Origin: Nitrospirota bacterium
Lineage (GTDB): Bacteria > Nitrospirota > UBA9217
Reading direction: 5' to 3'
Length of the DNA: 64,000 nt
Assembly (NCBI GenBank): GCA_963754875.1
Contig: CAVWHO010000007.1
Coordinates: 96,001-160,000 of the forward strand
In this document: in pieces, positions 60,044 through 64,000 of the stretch
Position numbering within the stretch: position 1 is the stretch's first letter
Layout: every line of letters starts with the position of its first letter
Program-made: the position numbers and the translations under genes
Notes under the pieces: model-generated
The model's input: only the letters and a program-made list of their open reading frames with translations
Told to the model about the DNA's origin: nothing
The model's database searches: none

Positions 60044-61909
60044 ATGCTCCAGGTCACAAACATCGAAAAATCCTACGGAAAGCAGGTGCTCTTCGACGGC
60101 GTCGGCTTTACCGTTAACCCGCGCGAACGCGTGGGGCTCGTAGGCAGGAACGGCCACGGCAAGTCCACGCTTTTCCGCATGATCCTGGGTGAAGAACACC
60201 AGGACGCAGGCACGATCACCGTGCCTTCGGGGTACACCATCGGCCATTTGTCCCAGCACATCCATTTTACCGAGGATGCGGTGATCAAAGAGGCGTGTCT
60301 CGCCTTGCCAACAAACGAAGACCATATCGACGAGACGTACAAAGCCGAGGCCATCCTGCACGGTCTCGGGTTCACGAATGCGGACTTCGACCGCCATCCC
60401 TCGTCGCTTTCCGGCGGCTACCAGGTCCGCCTGAACCTGGCCAAGGTGCTGGTGTCCGAACCGAACCTCCTGCTTTTGGACGAACCCACGAACTACCTCG
60501 ACATCGTGTCGGTCCGCTGGCTCACGCAGTTCCTGCGCGCTTGGCGGAACGAAATGATCATCATCACTCACGACCGGGACTTCATGGACAGCGTCACGAC
60601 CCACACCATGATCATCCATCGCTGCAAGATGCGGAAGGTTTCGGGCGGCACGCAGAAGCTCTACGACCAGATCCTCCTTGAAGAGGAGATTTACGAAAAA
60701 ACGCGCCAGAACGACGAAAAAAAACGCAAGGAAGTCGAGCAGTTCATCAACCGTTTCCGCGCCCAGGCGACCAAGGCCAGCGCGGTCCAGTCCCGCGTCA
60801 AGGCGCTTGCTCGGCACGAGAAGCTCGACAAGCTTGAAGAGATCAGATCGCTCGACTTCAAGTTCCGGTCGGCTCCCTTCGAGGCCAAGTGGCTCATGAC
60901 CGTGGAAGACCTGTCCTTTGGCTTCTCCCAGGACGGTCCGAAGTTGATCGACGGGGTTTCCTTTGCGGTCAGCAAAAAGGACCGCATAGCCGTAATCGGA
61001 AAGAACGGCAAAGGCAAGACCACGCTCTTAAATCTCCTGGCAAAGGAGCTGTCTCAGACCTCGGGCGACGTGAAGACCCACCCGAACACGAAAATCGCCT
61101 ATTTCGGCCAGACCAACATCAACCGGCTACGTCCGGCAAAGACCGCGCTCCAGGAGGTCATGGAGTCGCATCCCGACTGCGGCCAGGGCGAGGCCCGGGC
61201 GATCTGCGGGCTCATGATGTTCGAGGGCGACAACGCGCTCAAGAAGGTGAGCGTGCTCTCGGGCGGCGAGAAGAGCCGCGTGCTTTTGGGCAAGCTCCTG
61301 GTTTCGCCTGCCAATCTCCTGATGCTCGACGAGCCCACGAACCACCTGGACATGGAGTCCATCGACTCGCTGATCGAGGCGATCGAGGCCTTTGACGGCG
61401 CAGTCATCATCGTGACCCACAGCGAGCTGATCCTCGAAGCCCTGGCAACCAAGCTGATCGTCTACGACAACGACAGCGTATCGGTCTTCGAAGGGACTTA
61501 CCTTGACTTCCTCGAACGGGTCGGATGGAGCGACGAAGGCGGCGTCCGGGTCAAGAAGGGGAAAAAGCAGGAAGCCCAAAGAAACGTCAACCGGAAAGAC
61601 TCGAAGAAGCAGCGCGCCGCCATCGTCTCGGACAAGTCAAAGATCCTGAGCTCGCTCAAAACAAGGATCGCATCCCTTGAAGCGGAAATTACCAAGCTCG
61701 AGCAGGGCGTGGAACAGACGACCCAGGAGCTGCTCGAAGCGTCGGTCAAGGGCAAGGCCCTGGAGATCAAGAATCTGTCCCAATCCGTCAGCGACGCAAA
61801 AGCGAGGATCGAGAAGCTTTTTGCGGAGCTCGAGACCGTGACCGCTGAGCATGACGCCAAGGCGCAGGAATTCGACCAGCAGCTGAACGAGCTGGCGCAG
61901 ATATCGTAG
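60044..61909 (+). CDS. ABC-F family ATPase
   Basis: Two ABC cassettes (GRNGHGKST, GKNGKGKT; DEPTN twice), no TM, C-terminal coiled coil. Confidence 0.92.
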   Translation: MLQVTNIEKSYGKQVLFDGVGFTVNPRERVGLVGRNGHGKSTLFRMILGEEHQDAGTITVPSGYTIGHLSQHIHFTEDAVIKEACLALPTNEDHIDETYKAEAILHGLGFTNADFDRHPSSLSGGYQVRLNLAKVLVSEPNLLLLDEPTNYLDIVSVRWLTQFLRAWRNEMIIITHDRDFMDSVTTHTMIIHRCKMRKVSGGTQKLYDQILLEEEIYEKTRQNDEKKRKEVEQFINRFRAQATKASAVQSRVKALARHEKLDKLEEIRSLDFKFRSAPFEAKWLMTVEDLSFGFSQDGPKLIDGVSFAVSKKDRIAVIGKNGKGKTTLLNLLAKELSQTSGDVKTHPNTKIAYFGQTNINRLRPAKTALQEVMESHPDCGQGEARAICGLMMFEGDNALKKVSVLSGGEKSRVLLGKLLVSPANLLMLDEPTNHLDMESIDSLIEAIEAFDGAVIIVTHSELILEALATKLIVYDNDSVSVFEGTYLDFLERVGWSDEGGVRVKKGKKQEAQRNVNRKDSKKQRAAIVSDKSKILSSLKTRIASLEAEITKLEQGVEQTTQELLEASVKGKALEIKNLSQSVSDAKARIEKLFAELETVTAEHDAKAQEFDQQLNELAQIS

Positions 61910-61961
61910 GTCTATTTTAGAAAAGGGCAGCCCGGCCATACTTTAATATGAGGATCAATGC

Positions 61962-63956
61962 ATGAAAAAGTTTAACCGTTTTCTCCTCCATTTTATGAAA
62001 GACGCCAAACTGTGGCTGTCTTTCATGCTCTATCTCTCCTTGTTCAGGATTTCGTTCATCTTCTATTTCCGGGACAAGATGCAGCCGAACACCGGCTACT
62101 CGGATATTGTTCTTTCCGTGTTGAACGGCATCCGGTTTGACTCCATGGCATCGATCTGCTGGTTTGCCATCCCCTTTTTGGCGAGCATAGTGCTGATATT
62201 TTTCGATGCCGATCGCATCATCAACCGAATTCGCACGGTCACCGGCGTCGCGTTCATGGTTGTCACGACGATCGCCTGGGTCGTGACGTTCGGCTATTTT
62301 AAGGAGTACAACGAGCAGTTCAACTACATGCTCTTCAACCTGTACTACGACGATACGTCGGCGATCTTTAAGACGATCTGGGCGGACTATCACCCCCTGG
62401 TCTATTTTCTCATTATGGGCGCCGCTGCGGCGTTCGCAATTTTCCTCCAGAAAAGGTTCGTGCAGAGGCACTTCATATCACCGGACAAGGTAGCGGCACG
62501 CCGGTTTACGCCCCTCTCCGGCATTGTAACTGTTGTGGTCATCCTGGCCCTCGTTGTCACAGCAGCGCGGGGTTCCGTCGGAGCGCGTCCGGCCCAGCGC
62601 AAGGATGAGGCCGTGGCCAGAGATACGTTCCTGAACAAGTCCGTCGAGAACCCCTACTTTGCCCTCCTCTATACCGTGCAGGACCACATCGAGGCAGCGG
62701 GCTTTGCGGGATTGGAAAATTATATTCCCGACGGCAATGTTCGTAAAGCCGCGCAGGAACTGTTCCACAACGACCAGTCCTATGATAATCTCGACGCTTA
62801 TCTGGTCAAGCACGCCCGGGGGCCCAAGGGCGTTCCGCCGCGCCACATTTTTCTCGTGGTCATGGAAAGCTACGATGAGTGGCCGCTGCTCCCGAAGTAC
62901 GCGTCCCTCGGCGTAACGAACAACCTGAAGGCGCTGGCACAGAAGGGCCTCTATTTCAACGCCTTCCTGCCTGCATCGGACAGCACCATGCAGTCGCTCG
63001 GCGCGATCATTACCGATCTTCCCTATTCCCTCGTCGAAGCCAATTATCAGGTCACGTCGCGCAAGACGTATCCTTCATCCATTGCGGAAACCTTCAAACG
63101 CCTCGGCTACCGGACACGCCTGTTTTACGGCGGCTATCTGAGTTGGCAGCGGTTCGGCGATTTTGCCCGTGACCAGGGGTTCGAGGAGATCTACGGCGCT
63201 CCGCATATGTGGAAACCGGGAGCAGTAATCCATGAGTGGGGCGTGGACGACGAGTATCTTGTCGACTTTATCGTGAACAAGGTAAATGACGACAAACCGA
63301 GCTTCAACCTCATCATGACGACAAGTTACCATCCTCCCTACAATGTCGACGTGTACGGAAAGGGCTTCCCGTTAAAAGAGGTGCCCGCCGACATCAAACC
63401 GTTCTTCGACGGCAGCGTGAGCCTCGATGCGGGAGGCGTGAGCCTTAAGATGCTCGGCCACTTGTGGTACGCTGACAAATGTATCGGCGACCTCGTGAAA
63501 AGGGCCGGGGCGAAACTTTCTCGACCTCTTTTCGCGTTCACCGGCGATCATTTCGGTCGTAAGTTCATCAATGAACGGCCCGATTTCTTTGAAAGCTCCG
63601 CCGTCCCTTTCATCCTGTACGGCCCGGAAGTCCTTCGGGGCGTAAAGATTCCCCAGGGCGCCGTCGGTTCGCACACTGACATTTCCCCAACACTCGTAGA
63701 GCTTGCCGCACCGAAGGGATTCGAGTACTATTCCGTGGGGCAGGACCTGCTCGCGCCCAGGAAAGAATTTCTAGGCATCGGCAATGCCAAGGTCATCGGC
63801 AAGGACTTCATCTTCGATGCCAGGGACTCTCACTTGTACCCGCTCCCCGGCAAGGAGCTTCCGAAACAGCTTCCTGATGTGAACGAGCTGCTGACGACCT
63901 ACAATCGAGCGCACGGGATCGCATGGTGGCGGGAGAGGCGGGGTGAAAAGCTGTAA
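61962..63956 (+). CDS. LTA synthase / sulfatase-like membrane protein
   Basis: 5 TM segments; VVMES; TTSYHPPY; YAD; GDH. Confidence 0.85.
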   Translation: MKKFNRFLLHFMKDAKLWLSFMLYLSLFRISFIFYFRDKMQPNTGYSDIVLSVLNGIRFDSMASICWFAIPFLASIVLIFFDADRIINRIRTVTGVAFMVVTTIAWVVTFGYFKEYNEQFNYMLFNLYYDDTSAIFKTIWADYHPLVYFLIMGAAAAFAIFLQKRFVQRHFISPDKVAARRFTPLSGIVTVVVILALVVTAARGSVGARPAQRKDEAVARDTFLNKSVENPYFALLYTVQDHIEAAGFAGLENYIPDGNVRKAAQELFHNDQSYDNLDAYLVKHARGPKGVPPRHIFLVVMESYDEWPLLPKYASLGVTNNLKALAQKGLYFNAFLPASDSTMQSLGAIITDLPYSLVEANYQVTSRKTYPSSIAETFKRLGYRTRLFYGGYLSWQRFGDFARDQGFEEIYGAPHMWKPGAVIHEWGVDDEYLVDFIVNKVNDDKPSFNLIMTTSYHPPYNVDVYGKGFPLKEVPADIKPFFDGSVSLDAGGVSLKMLGHLWYADKCIGDLVKRAGAKLSRPLFAFTGDHFGRKFINERPDFFESSAVPFILYGPEVLRGVKIPQGAVGSHTDISPTLVELAAPKGFEYYSVGQDLLAPRKEFLGIGNAKVIGKDFIFDARDSHLYPLPGKELPKQLPDVNELLTTYNRAHGIAWWRERRGEKL

Positions 63957-64000
63957 TTTTTTTCAGGCTGAAAACGGATGGTGAAAAGCCCCGGACCTGT

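Overview
Chromosomal segment of a diderm bacterium, probably Nitrospirota or Desulfobacterota (inferred from gene content and order). In order it holds: the 3' end of nadB; an AmpG-like MFS permease; a CFI-box-CTERM surface protein with an outer-membrane beta-barrel; a decaying zinc-ribbon/SurA-like pair; a TusA-YeeE-DsrE/F/H-like sulfur-trafficking cluster; a three-gene Rieske/split cytochrome b complex; an MSHA-like type IV pilus locus with no ATPase gene; the housekeeping run rho-rpmE-DUF1385-prfA-prmC-murA-hisDGCBHAF; an orphan pilin; a hemerythrin/PAS protein; adk; an orphan histidine kinase; a ~12 kb nine-gene envelope and peptide-ABC operon; and several metabolic genes. The best candidate for a new system is that operon. 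It sits behind a GEMM-I riboswitch with the A20/C92 signature of 3',3'-cGAMP sensors, a long P3 insertion and an ON-type terminator. Also seen: two small genes missed by the ORF track, two copies of a ~135-bp MITE-like palindrome, heptamer repeats between and inside genes, and several single-base frameshifts (rho, hisH, oppA, tusA, yeeE) that are probably sequencing errors. No rRNA, tRNA, CRISPR array or transposase was recognised.
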